A stretch of 58,629 bases of DNA, from the IMG/VR virus record IMGVR_UViG_3300010384_000006; one strand, 5' to 3'. Source of the stretch: a virus. A model generated the notes under the pieces. That model searched no databases, was not told the origin of the DNA, and saw only the letters and a program-made list of their open reading frames with translations. Shown here one piece after another: positions 42,478 through 52,100 of this stretch; the stretch's first letter is position 1; each line of letters starts with the position of its first letter. The position numbers were made by a program, and so were the translations under genes.

Positions 42478-43260
42478 ATGGGCAAGCGGACCCCCTCAAA
42501 ACCGAATCTCCAATGGCGCACGATCGAGATTCGCGCCAAGGACGACAGCACCGACGCGGGCTTCACTGGCTATGCCTCCGTTTTCGGCAACGTGGATGCC
42601 TACGGCACCGCGATCGCCAAGGGTGCGTTCAAGAAGACCCTCCAGGAACGGGGCGAGAAGATTCCCGTTCTCTGGCAGCACGACAGCTATTCCCCCATTG
42701 GCAAGCCCCTCGAACTGAAAGAGGACGCCACCGGCCTCTACGTCAACGCCGCGATCAATGAGAACGTGACGTTCGGCAAGGAGGCGATGGAACTGCTCCG
42801 GCAGGGTGTCCCGCTCTCCCTCTCCATCGGTTTCGAGATCATCAAGTCCCGGAGCTATGAAGAGGCCGACGACGAAGCCCTCGACTGGTCCGATGCCCCG
42901 TCGTGGGCGAATTCCCCCGATGGCCGCGAATGGGTTCGCGTCATCGAAGAAGTGAGGCTCTGGGAGTTCAGCGTTGTCACGTTTGCTGCCAATGAGCAGG
43001 CGGTGATCGACGACGTGCGCTCCGCAGACATCGGCCTCCTTACCTCCCTCACGGAAGCACTGCGCAGCGGGGACATCGCCGATGGCGACGAACGGCTTGC
43101 GCTCCTTCACCCTCTCGTCGCCGCCTACCAGCAGCGATCCGAGCCGAAGCCGGAGCCCCCAGCGGCCACCACTCCACTCGATCCCGAGGCACGACACCGG
43201 AATCGCCTTGCCGAGCTCGCCTTGATCGAACTTGGCCAATCGTGGAGTACCCCATGCTGA
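42478..43260 (+). CDS. Prohead protease (HK97 / S78 family)
   Basis: FTGYASVFGNVDAYGTAIAKGAFKKTL...VLWQHD...PIGK...FSVVTFAAN. Confidence 0.85.
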   Translation: MGKRTPSKPNLQWRTIEIRAKDDSTDAGFTGYASVFGNVDAYGTAIAKGAFKKTLQERGEKIPVLWQHDSYSPIGKPLELKEDATGLYVNAAINENVTFGKEAMELLRQGVPLSLSIGFEIIKSRSYEEADDEALDWSDAPSWANSPDGREWVRVIEEVRLWEFSVVTFAANEQAVIDDVRSADIGLLTSLTEALRSGDIADGDERLALLHPLVAAYQQRSEPKPEPPAATTPLDPEARHRNRLAELALIELGQSWSTPC

Positions 43261-44609
43261 CCACTGTGGAGCGGACTGACCTCCGCAATCGTTTTGCCGC
43301 GCTGATGGCCGAATCCAAGCCCCTCGCCGAGCGCTCTGTCGCCGGTGAACTGACCGCTGAAGAGAACACCCGCTTCGACGCGATCGTTGCCGAGCTCAAT
43401 GACATCAAGGCGAAATTGGAGACGGACCGCGACGAGCAGGAAGCCCAGCGTGCCCGCTCGGCCGAGATCGCGGCCCTCCAGGCATACGCCGATGAGCACC
43501 GCGGCCGCGTAAGCGATGACGGGACCAGCGTCACCGTCGATCGCCGCACCGTGCAGGCCGCCTATGCCAATCCCGGTCGCCGCTTTGCCACCTCCGAGGG
43601 GCTCAAGCAGTATGCCGCCCGGCCCAAGGGGACCTCTGAGGCGGTTCAGTTCGGTTCGACCTATCACCGCAAGCGTGCGGACGGACAGTGGGAAGAGCGA
43701 GCGCTGGTGCATGGTGCGTCGTTCACCGATTACATCCAGCCGAACCGCCTGCCGGGTATTGTGCAGGGCACGCCATTCCCGCTCCGGATTCGTGACGTGC
43801 TGAGCAACGGCCGCACCGATTCTCCGACCATCGAGTTCGTGGTGAAGAACGCGACGACCAACAATGCCGCGTTCGTGGCCGAGGCCACATCGGTGGCAGG
43901 GGCGACCGCCAAGCCGGAATCGGCGATCAGCCTGGAAGTCAAGAGCGTGTCGGTGAAGACCGTCGCGCACTGGATTCCGATCACGCGCCAGATGCTCGAG
44001 GACGCCGCGCAGATCGAGACGTTCATCAACGGCGAACTGCTCTACGGCTTGGCGAAGAAGGAAGACAGCGAACTGCTGAACGGCGCTGGCGGTGCCAGTA
44101 TCACCGGCATCCTCCAGACAACCGGCGTGCAGCATCTCAACACGGCCTACTGGTCGGTGGCGGGGAACAAGCTGCCCAATGACGCCAACGTCCTCGATGC
44201 GGTCCTGCGCGGCATCAAGCAGTCGCAGGTCACCGGCGAGGCGAGCCCAACCTTCATCGTTGCCCATCCCGACGATTTCGAGACGTGGCGAACGATCAAG
44301 GATGCCAACGGCAACTACCTCCTGCGCGGTGGTGGGCCGGAGGCGAACGGCATCCCGAGCCTCTGGGGTCTGCCGGTCGTGCAGTCCACCGCGATTCTGG
44401 CCACCAAGCCGCTGGTGGGCGATGGCCGGTTTGCCACCGTCTTCGACAAGACGGACGGTCAGATCTACGTGGCCGATCAGCACGACGACCTGTTCACCAA
44501 GAACATCCTCGTGATCCTCGCCGAGGCGCGCCTGGCGCTTGCCGTCACCCTCCCGGCGGCCTTCGTCGAGGTCGAGACGGCCACGGCGATGGCCAACCTC
44601 GCTGCCTGA
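43254..44609 (+). CDS. Major capsid protein (HK97 fold family) with N-terminal delta/scaffold coiled coil
   Basis: 451 aa directly after the protease. GGAG lies 6 nt before ATG 43254. The coiled-coil N-terminus is followed by a capsid-like body. Confidence 0.85.
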   Translation: MLTTVERTDLRNRFAALMAESKPLAERSVAGELTAEENTRFDAIVAELNDIKAKLETDRDEQEAQRARSAEIAALQAYADEHRGRVSDDGTSVTVDRRTVQAAYANPGRRFATSEGLKQYAARPKGTSEAVQFGSTYHRKRADGQWEERALVHGASFTDYIQPNRLPGIVQGTPFPLRIRDVLSNGRTDSPTIEFVVKNATTNNAAFVAEATSVAGATAKPESAISLEVKSVSVKTVAHWIPITRQMLEDAAQIETFINGELLYGLAKKEDSELLNGAGGASITGILQTTGVQHLNTAYWSVAGNKLPNDANVLDAVLRGIKQSQVTGEASPTFIVAHPDDFETWRTIKDANGNYLLRGGGPEANGIPSLWGLPVVQSTAILATKPLVGDGRFATVFDKTDGQIYVADQHDDLFTKNILVILAEARLALAVTLPAAFVEVETATAMANLAA

Positions 44610-44614
44610 CCGAG

Positions 44615-44645
44615 AGCGCTGGGGTAGCGCTGCTACCCCAGCGCT
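44615..44645 (+). terminator. 13-bp perfect stem-loop just after the capsid gene
   Basis: agcgctggggtag-cgctg-ctaccccagcgct. No U-tract, so more likely an attenuator or mRNA stabiliser. Confidence 0.4.
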
Positions 44646-44657
44646 GAGGAGGCTCGC

Positions 44658-44936
44658 ATGGGCGTGACGATTACGGAGACCGATGGGACCACCCAGGAGT
44701 CAACGACGAGAGGACTGGTGAAGAGCGTGGACGAACGCAAGAAGGCCCCGCGAGACGGCTTCTACATGATCGGCAACAACGTCTTCGGGATCAACGCAGG
44801 GGACTACCTGCCAGCTGGTGCGGAGATGGTGCCGGAGACCGATGCCGCTGAGGAGATGGTGACCGAGGAGCGATCCAAGGGTAACGCCCCGCACAACAAG
44901 GCGCGGAAGGCTGCACCCGAGAACCGGAGCGCCTAA
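44658..44936 (+). CDS. Hypothetical head protein
   Basis: 92 aa with GAGGAGG RBS. Confidence 0.5.
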   Translation: MGVTITETDGTTQESTTRGLVKSVDERKKAPRDGFYMIGNNVFGINAGDYLPAGAEMVPETDAAEEMVTEERSKGNAPHNKARKAAPENRSA

Positions 44937-45533
44937 GTGGTGACGTACGCCGACGAAACCGAGGTGATGCGCCTGCTCGACAAGGTCGACCCGACCGCCG
45001 AGGAGACGGCGCGCATCGCCCAGCTCAACGAGGAGCTGAGTCGTGTCTTCGACGAGAAGACGGACCGGACCTTCGGCGGTGGCGCCGTCGCGCCGACGAC
45101 CCGTGGATTCTCGGGGTGTGGCGGATCGGTGTTGGTGCTGCCATACCCGGCGCTGAGCGTGACAAGTGTTGCGACGGGAGGCGACTGGGACGGCAGCACG
45201 ATGGCAGGCGAGACCGTCCTTGGGGCGGCCGACTGGCGACCGTGGCAACAGGACGCCGATGGGCGCATCTGGGCGATCCGGCGCGAGCGAGGGGTCTGGG
45301 AGAGCGAGGTGCGCGTCACCGGGGTCTGGGCGGATAACCCCGGCGGCAGCATCCCAGCCGACGTCGTGGCGCTGGTGACCTGGCTGGTGGCAGAGCACGA
45401 GATGCTCGACCACACGTCACCGGCGGGGATCGAGGGCCCGAGCGGGATGGAGCTCCGGCCCCGGAACCCATGGTCCTATGAGCGGACGAAGACGCTGATC
45501 GCCAAGTACCGGCTGCCCAGGATGGTGGTCTGA
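44937..45533 (+). CDS. Head-tail connector (gp6-like)
   Basis: GTG start. The N-terminus YADETEVMRLL...EETARIAQL resembles head-tail connector proteins. Synteny supports the call. Confidence 0.5.
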   Translation: MVTYADETEVMRLLDKVDPTAEETARIAQLNEELSRVFDEKTDRTFGGGAVAPTTRGFSGCGGSVLVLPYPALSVTSVATGGDWDGSTMAGETVLGAADWRPWQQDADGRIWAIRRERGVWESEVRVTGVWADNPGGSIPADVVALVTWLVAEHEMLDHTSPAGIEGPSGMELRPRNPWSYERTKTLIAKYRLPRMVV

Positions 45534-45976
45534 TGTTCCACATCGACGTCTCCGGCATCGACCAGTTCACGGCCGCGATGCAGCAGCGCCCACAACGGCT
45601 GCGGTCCGAGCTCCAGAAGGGGCTCAACGGCCTGCTCGGCTACGGCGTCCAGGTGGCTCGCGGCTTCGCTCCACGCAAGACCGGCGCGCTGCACGCGGCG
45701 ATCAAGGTCACGAAGCCAGTGAGCATCGGCGCCACGATCACCGGGGAGTACGCAGCGGTGAAGTCGGCGGCTGCGCCGCACGTCTACATGCGGGAGTTTG
45801 GCGGGACGATTCGCGGCAATCCGTGGCTGGTCTTCCCTGGGCGCAATGGCGGGCTGGTCTTCGTCCATAGCGTGACCCAGAAGGGTGTCCACTACTTCTC
45901 GCGCTCCGTTGAAGTCATCAAGCCGCGGTTCCAGAGCGTCGTTGCGGCGGCGGTCGCCCGAGCGATGGGAGGTTAG
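45533..45976 (+). CDS. HK97 gp10-like head-tail joining protein
   Basis: 147 aa. APRKTGALHAAIK motif. Synteny supports the call. Confidence 0.5.
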   Translation: MFHIDVSGIDQFTAAMQQRPQRLRSELQKGLNGLLGYGVQVARGFAPRKTGALHAAIKVTKPVSIGATITGEYAAVKSAAAPHVYMREFGGTIRGNPWLVFPGRNGGLVFVHSVTQKGVHYFSRSVEVIKPRFQSVVAAAVARAMGG

Positions 45977-46444
45977 ATGGACACCCTTGCCGACCTCCTT
46001 ACCGCTGCCGCTGTCCATGCCCGATCGGTGCTGATCCCGAGCACGCCACTCAAACGGGTCTATTACCCCGCCCCGAGCAAGATCGAGGCGACGCCTGCGC
46101 TCCTGCTGATGTCGGGTGGCGGGAATGCCGCGATCGAGGTGACGCACGAGGGGCCGGGTGAACAGATGTGGACGGGGACGCTGCACGGCCAGCTACTCGT
46201 CGATCGGGCACGGCAGATCGGGCCGGAGATCGCGGCGATCGACAACCTCGTCTTCGCCGTCACCGACGCCTTTTCGATCGATGCCAACGGGCAGGGTGTG
46301 GAGCTTCCGGGGTTCGCGCACAACCTCGACCGGCTGGTCGTAAGCCAATGGTTCCTGCAACTCGGCATGGAGTGGGGCGGGCAACAGTACGCCGGAGCGG
46401 ACATCTATCTCGATTTCAAGTTCCACCGCGTGTGGGATCAGTGA
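45977..46444 (+). CDS. Hypothetical tail-completion/terminator-position protein
   Basis: 155 aa. Call is by synteny only. Confidence 0.4.
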   Translation: MDTLADLLTAAAVHARSVLIPSTPLKRVYYPAPSKIEATPALLLMSGGGNAAIEVTHEGPGEQMWTGTLHGQLLVDRARQIGPEIAAIDNLVFAVTDAFSIDANGQGVELPGFAHNLDRLVVSQWFLQLGMEWGGQQYAGADIYLDFKFHRVWDQ

Positions 46445-46451
46445 GGACACC

Positions 46452-46694
46452 ATGAGCGAGACCAAGGACCAGAAGGCTGCCAAGCCGGACGACCAGAAAC
46501 CCAAGGGCCCCGAAGCCAAGCAGCCCTTCTTCGCCGAGGCGTACCGCTACGCCGGAGGGGGCTACATCCCCGGCGTGCCGGACCACGATCTGACGTCCGC
46601 CGATCTGGCGCGGCTCTCGCCGGATGTCCTGCGCGAGGTCAAGGCCAGCCCGTACTACACCCCGGCGACTGACGCCGAGCTGGGAGGCAACTGA
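46452..46694 (+). CDS. Hypothetical protein
   Basis: 80 aa ORF. Confidence 0.45.
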   Translation: MSETKDQKAAKPDDQKPKGPEAKQPFFAEAYRYAGGGYIPGVPDHDLTSADLARLSPDVLREVKASPYYTPATDAELGGN

Positions 46695-47914
46695 TGGCGA
46701 TCACGAAGGTAAGGAACGACCAGGTCAACCAGATTCTGCTCGCGGGCGTCCAGACGGCGCCGGGCGTTGCGGCAGACCCCACGTTCCGCATGACCGGGCG
46801 ACCGGACATCGACTGGATGCCAGCGGTCACCGTCGAGGATGAGGCCACCGGCACCTATCAGACCGGCGTCTCCGTCGTGCAGGGGCTGCCGCCGAACACC
46901 GGATCGTGGGGAGAGTCGGCGCTCTCCTACGAGCGGGCGCCGAGCTATCTCCGCCACATTTGCAAGGGCGGCGGTACGCCGTTCAGCGGCTCCGGTCCGG
47001 ATTACCTCTACAAGCAGGCGCTTGACCTCATCAATGCCGACAGTGACCTGCTCACGGTGCTCTTCGGCACGCCGGGCCTCCTGGAGCGCTACACCGACCT
47101 GCGGTTCAGCGAGATCAACCTCGCCTTCGATCCGGACTCCGGCGGCTCGTGGACGATCACGCCGACGGCGATGATCGGCAAGGGCGAGATTCCGACCGAA
47201 CTGGAGGGCACCGTTGCAGCGGCCTCGACCACCACGGTGATCAACGTCACCGGCGGCGGACTCACGGCAGACGAACTGATCGGCGCCTGGTTCTTCCCGC
47301 ACGCCGACGACAACCGCGCCGGTGCCCGGCTGATCGTGGACAACGATACGACGACCATCACGCTGGGATCACCGCTGCCCAGCGCCCCGGCGACGGGACA
47401 GAAGTTCGTGGTCGGCATCCTCGCTCCGGCGGGCATTCCGGTGCTGACCGAAGAGAAGATCAAGGCCGCCGGCACGAAGGTCTACATCGACCCGGAGAGC
47501 GGCACGATCGGGACGACGCAGATTCTCCAGCGCATCATCTCCGGCAATATCACCGTCGCGCTCAATGCCGAGAACAAGGCATTCGCCGAGAACGAGTTCG
47601 ATCGGTCCGGGGTCTACGGCTTCGGGCGCATCGACGTCACGGCGCAGTTGCGGCTGGAGTTCGACCGCCCCGACGAAATCCGCCAGATGAAGCGGATGGA
47701 CAAGTTCCGCGTGCGCTTCCAGAAGGAGGGCACCGAGCTCGCACCGGGGGTCAAGAAGCTCTGGCAGCCGGACATCCCGCTGGCGGTGTGGACGGGCAAG
47801 ACGCGGGATACGCGGAACAACAACCTCACGCAGACGATGACGCTGCGGGGGATCAGCCCGACGCTGCCGATCGAGTTCGCGACGCGCAACGGCCTGGCGA
47901 CCCTGCCGGCGTAA
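46694..47914 (+). CDS. Major tail protein (by position)
   Basis: 406 aa ORF immediately upstream of the G/GT chaperone pair and the tape measure. Confidence 0.5.
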   Translation: MAITKVRNDQVNQILLAGVQTAPGVAADPTFRMTGRPDIDWMPAVTVEDEATGTYQTGVSVVQGLPPNTGSWGESALSYERAPSYLRHICKGGGTPFSGSGPDYLYKQALDLINADSDLLTVLFGTPGLLERYTDLRFSEINLAFDPDSGGSWTITPTAMIGKGEIPTELEGTVAAASTTTVINVTGGGLTADELIGAWFFPHADDNRAGARLIVDNDTTTITLGSPLPSAPATGQKFVVGILAPAGIPVLTEEKIKAAGTKVYIDPESGTIGTTQILQRIISGNITVALNAENKAFAENEFDRSGVYGFGRIDVTAQLRLEFDRPDEIRQMKRMDKFRVRFQKEGTELAPGVKKLWQPDIPLAVWTGKTRDTRNNNLTQTMTLRGISPTLPIEFATRNGLATLPA

Positions 47915-47955
47915 GCCTGACCGGGGCGGTGAGACGTGCCCCTTGGAGATGAAAC

Positions 47956-48402
47956 GTGGTTGCGAAGCCCAAGAAGTCCGCGATCGATGAGAGTCTGTTT
48001 CGCCCAGCGAGTGTCGGCGGGTATCTGCCCAGCGCGCAGTTTGCCGAGGTGGAGTTTCGGGCCAAAGGCGCGCCGGATGACGCGCCGACGATCAAGGTGA
48101 AGATCCGGACGGACATCACCAACGACGACATCGACGCGTTGACGAAGATCCCGGAAAGCGGGGCTACGGTGTCGGATCACTGGGCGCAGATTGCACCGCT
48201 GGTCCTGGGATGGAACGTCCAGCATCGCGCCGAGGATGGCGTGGTCTACGACGTTGTGGCGCCTGCGGAGGCCGGGCCGGAGGTTTTTCGGTTCATCCCG
48301 ACCCCGCTCTTCTGGCAGATCAATTCGGCCATCATCGGCCGGACGTACGAGCGTGTTGACCCAAAAGCCTCGGTCGGGTCCGCCGCTACGGAAAGCTCGT
48401 AG
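47956..48402 (+). CDS. Tail assembly chaperone (G-like)
   Basis: GTG start 6 nt after GGAGA. Position upstream of the tape measure. Contains the slippery heptamer near its 3' end. Confidence 0.7.
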   Translation: MVAKPKKSAIDESLFRPASVGGYLPSAQFAEVEFRAKGAPDDAPTIKVKIRTDITNDDIDALTKIPESGATVSDHWAQIAPLVLGWNVQHRAEDGVVYDVVAPAEAGPEVFRFIPTPLFWQINSAIIGRTYERVDPKASVGSAATESS

Positions 48403-48653
48403 CCAAGCGCGATCTGGATGACGGGACGTCGGACGAGGATGAAGACGAGATCGCCAGCATCCTCGCCGAGATTCCGGACCTGCCTCGCCTGCTCTGGTTC
48501 GATGTCACGCCGAAGACGCCCAAGGACTGGGGCGAGCAACCGGCACGGACGTGGGTCACCGCAACCGCGTACCAGAACGCCTATGAAGACGGGCGGAAGG
48601 ATACGCGTGAGACGACCGAGGCGATGAGAGCGGCGAGGCAGTGGGAGGACTAG
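47956..48653 (+). CDS. Tail assembly chaperone GT-like fusion (via -1 frameshift at 48360-48366)
   Basis: The -1 frame encodes an acidic, protein-like extension of about 96 aa (DLDDGTSDEDEDEIASILAEIPDLPRLLWFDV...) with no initiator of its own. Confidence 0.65.
48360..48366 (+). promoter_or_regulatory. -1 programmed frameshift slippery site C CCA AAA
   Basis: Canonical X XXY YYZ heptamer in the zero frame. The -1 frame is closed by TGA at 48357-48359 and then open until TAG 48651-48653. Confidence 0.7.
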
Positions 48654-49069
48654 GAAATGAACAGGTTGACTGGCGATTGAAGCGTCTCAATGTCTGATTT
48701 GGCAAACGTGACGACGCGATCCTCGTCTACATAAATTGTGGCGAATCTGGAGTCCGGGAAGGTCATGGAAAAGCGAACCTCACAATGCAGATCGCTGTTG
48801 ACCTTGCCATTCAGCAGGGTCTGCTTCCCCACGATCGCGCCGTCTGCGTCCTTCATGATGACCTGCTGTGTCCATCCTGGGAATGGCCCATCGCGACGGG
48901 CGATAGAACAGGTTGATCCCTCCGGGTCATTGCTCGTGCAGCATGTGTTCGTGGCAATGAAAGCGATTTCCTTGTTGTCATCCGCACTCGCTCCGCGGGA
49001 TGCCAATATGCTCCACGCCATCCCTGCAGCGACGATGATCGCCAAGACCACGTATATCACCCGACGCAT
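48650..49069 (-). CDS. Reverse-oriented moron: secreted or membrane-anchored protein
   Basis: Start at MRRVIYVVLAIIVAAGMAW (residue 33 of ORF 48650-49165). Lower GC. Own RBS and a TACAAT -10-like box (49105-49110 on the minus strand). Four Cys residues. Confidence 0.65.
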   Translation of the reverse strand: MRRVIYVVLAIIVAAGMAWSILASRGASADDNKEIAFIATNTCCTSNDPEGSTCSIARRDGPFPGWTQQVIMKDADGAIVGKQTLLNGKVNSDLHCEVRFSMTFPDSRFATIYVDEDRVVTFAKSDIETLQSPVNLFIS

Positions 49070-49126
49070 TCCTTCGCTCCTCCATAACAAGCGGATCGGC
49101 CTCCATTGTAGCGGGCAGGTGAGCTG

Positions 49127-52100
49127 ATGGCGGGCAACGAGCTCAAGATCACGATCAGTGCCCAAGACAATGCCAGCGCCGTATTTACCAAGATCGCAAG
49201 CGGCGCGGCTAAGGTTGCCGACGAGCTCGAGAAAGCGGGCAAGGACGGTGGCAAGGGATTCGAGGAAGTCTCGAAGGGCGCAGACAAGGCTAACCAGAGC
49301 CTATTGCAGATCAGCCAGACCGGCTCTGGTTTCATTCGTTCGATGGAAGGGCTCTCCGGCTCGATCTCGACGATGGGTGCCGGACTCATCAGCTTGGGTG
49401 ATGGGCTTGACCAGCTCGGGCAAAGCTACATCGATCAGCAACAACGCCTCGATACCCTTCAACGTCAATACGGCTCATTCACGGACGAGATGGTTGCATT
49501 CTCTCGCGAGATGCAGAGCCAGACGACGTTTAGCGACGACGCGGTCCAGAAGGGTCTCGTCTATTTTGCCTCACTCAAGGAGCAGTACGGCCTCACCATT
49601 GATCAGATCAAGCAGCTGGCCATTGTCACTGCTGACCTCGCACAGGCAAATGGTCTGGCATATGAGGATGCTGCCCAACGCGTACAGGCCGCGATCCGGG
49701 GCGAGACCGAAGGTGCGGAGATACTTGGTTTAGCCCTAAACCAACAGTCCATCGATCGTCAGAATCTAACATTGACGATGACGAATCAGGAGGCAGCACA
49801 ATTCCGCCTCAACGCCCTGCTGTCTCAGGCTTCATATGCTCAGGGTTCGGCCGGGGCGGCGGTGCAACGAGCAGACGGCCAGTGGAAGCAGTTTTCCAAT
49901 AGTGTTCAGGACGCACAGCAGGCCGTCGGTCGTTTTGTTGGCCCTGCTGGTGACATCGCGGCGTCATTGGGGCGCGGCTTGGCAACGGTTGGCGAGGCGA
50001 CGCGTGGTATCTCAGATCTCAAAACAGGGCTGCAAGGCTTGGGTGGGGTGCTCAAGTCGACCGGGAGTGCCCTGAGCGTTCTGGCTACCTCTGGCGGTGC
50101 AGTTGGCCTTGCCATTCTGGGTGTGACGGCGGCTGTGGGTGCCGGTGTCTATGTTTGGCAAACCTACAATGATGCGATCCATTCAACAGAAAAGGCGTTC
50201 GATGGGCTTGATGCAGCGCAACAGCAGGCAATCCTGAACGGCGACGAAGCGCGTTCGGCTGCCATCGGCCAGGCGAAGCAGGATTTCGAAGACTTCGGTG
50301 CTTGGCTCGACAAGGAGATGGGCGTTGGTGAATACGCTACCGAAGGAGGGCCCAAGTTCCCAGGCATTAGCACGGACACGTACGACAACGTCTTGAAAGC
50401 CGTCACAGCAGCCCTTTCTGATAGTCGTGTGGATGTCGAGAAATATATGGCATGGTTGGAGGGGGAGCTCCAGCGTGCTTACGAGAATCCTGCGCAGGCC
50501 CAAGAGATTTTTGAAGGGATTGTCGAGACATCGACAACCGGTCTGGCGCAATTCGCCCTTGCAGCGGAGAAGGCGAAGACCGCTGTCAGCGGGCTCAATG
50601 CCGAACAGCAAAAGCTCAATCAGTCGATGGCCCAATACGCCAACATGTATGGCCAGAAAACGGATGAGGAGTGGGACGCTGCCAAGGTCAAGACCTTCAA
50701 CGAGCAGGTGCAGGAGGCTATTCGTCTGCGTGAGCAGATGGCGGCCGCGCCGGGCGAAGAACGCGATCTCGTCATCGCTCAGCAGCGCCTCGACCTCTGG
50801 GAAAAGTCGATTGTCACGCAAGAAAAGCTGAACGACGCGTGGCAGCGGGGCATGGAGACCGGCGACCTGTCTGAGTTCATCGCCCTCGCTAACCAGCGGA
50901 TCGCACAGCAGCAAATGCTCCTCGACCTTCAGCGGGCCCTCAACCAGGAAACGGCCGTCGATCATCACAAGGGGATGGACCCGTTCGGCAAAACGGTCGA
51001 CAACGCCCGCGACCTGCTCAAACTGGAGGATCAGCGGCAGGCGATTGCCGAGGGCGTCCGTGACGTCCTGGAGGGGCAAGCGGACGCCTATCACGACATG
51101 GCGACGACCTGGGCCGGGATGACCGGGCAGGATGATTTTGTCTCCCAGCTCAACCTCTCGGGGCATGGCACGGCGTACACCCAGCTCGCCGGGGACATCG
51201 CTGATGCCAACACGGCGCTGCAGGATGGCTTTAGGATCATCGTCCAGAACACGGACGCGATCGGGCAAACCTCGCAGGCGACGCAGGACTGGGCTGACAA
51301 GCTGATTGGTGTCGAGGGGGAGTACGGCAAGATCGACGATCTCCTCGCCGCGGGCACCATCACGATCGGCGAATACAACGCCGCCCAGCAGGCCCAGGTG
51401 GACATCGCGGAGGCCAATGCCCGCATCCAGCAAGATGTGCTGACGATCCAGGCGAAGCAGGCACCGATGCTCGCCGAGCTGACCGAGCAGCAAGCCCAGT
51501 ACATGGACCAGCTGGCCGCAATGCCTCAGCAACAGCAACTCGTCACGCTGGGCTGGATGGATACCAACGAGGCGGCGAAGGCCAACCAGGCGGTCGTGAT
51601 GGCCGCCGCCGCGGCGAATGGGGAGTATGGCGAATCGGGCAAGGCTGCCGTCGAGAAGATGATCGCGGCGCAGGCAGCGGCGGACCCGGTCTTCAAGCAG
51701 ATGTTGCTGGACATCGGGTTGATCGATGAGAAGGTCGACGCCAACGGTAACCGTGTCATCACGGTCAATTTCGATGGTGCCGAAGGGGTCAACAACGACA
51801 TTCAGGAACTGACCAAGAGCATCGATGCGCTCACGGTCGCCCTGGGTGGCGTGCCACCCCTGCACGTGGACTCGGACCTCCCGCAGACGACCGAGGGCGT
51901 GGACGGATTCCGCGACTCCCTCGACGGGGCGAAACGGGACATCGGGGCGACCAACGATGCGCTGATCGCGCTTGCCCGACAGCAGGCCAACCCGACGGTG
52001 GATGTCGAGACCGGCGAATCCGATCAGCGGATGGTGAATCTCGCGGATGCCCTGCGGGCGCTGGGCGAACAGCATCCCACGCCGAGTGTGGAAGTGGAGA

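Noticed and set aside
48418-48627. 69-aa Arg-rich ORF after the tail chaperone
   Set aside because: It is in the wrong frame. The protein-like frame here is the -1 frameshift extension of the chaperone, which has no start codon of its own.
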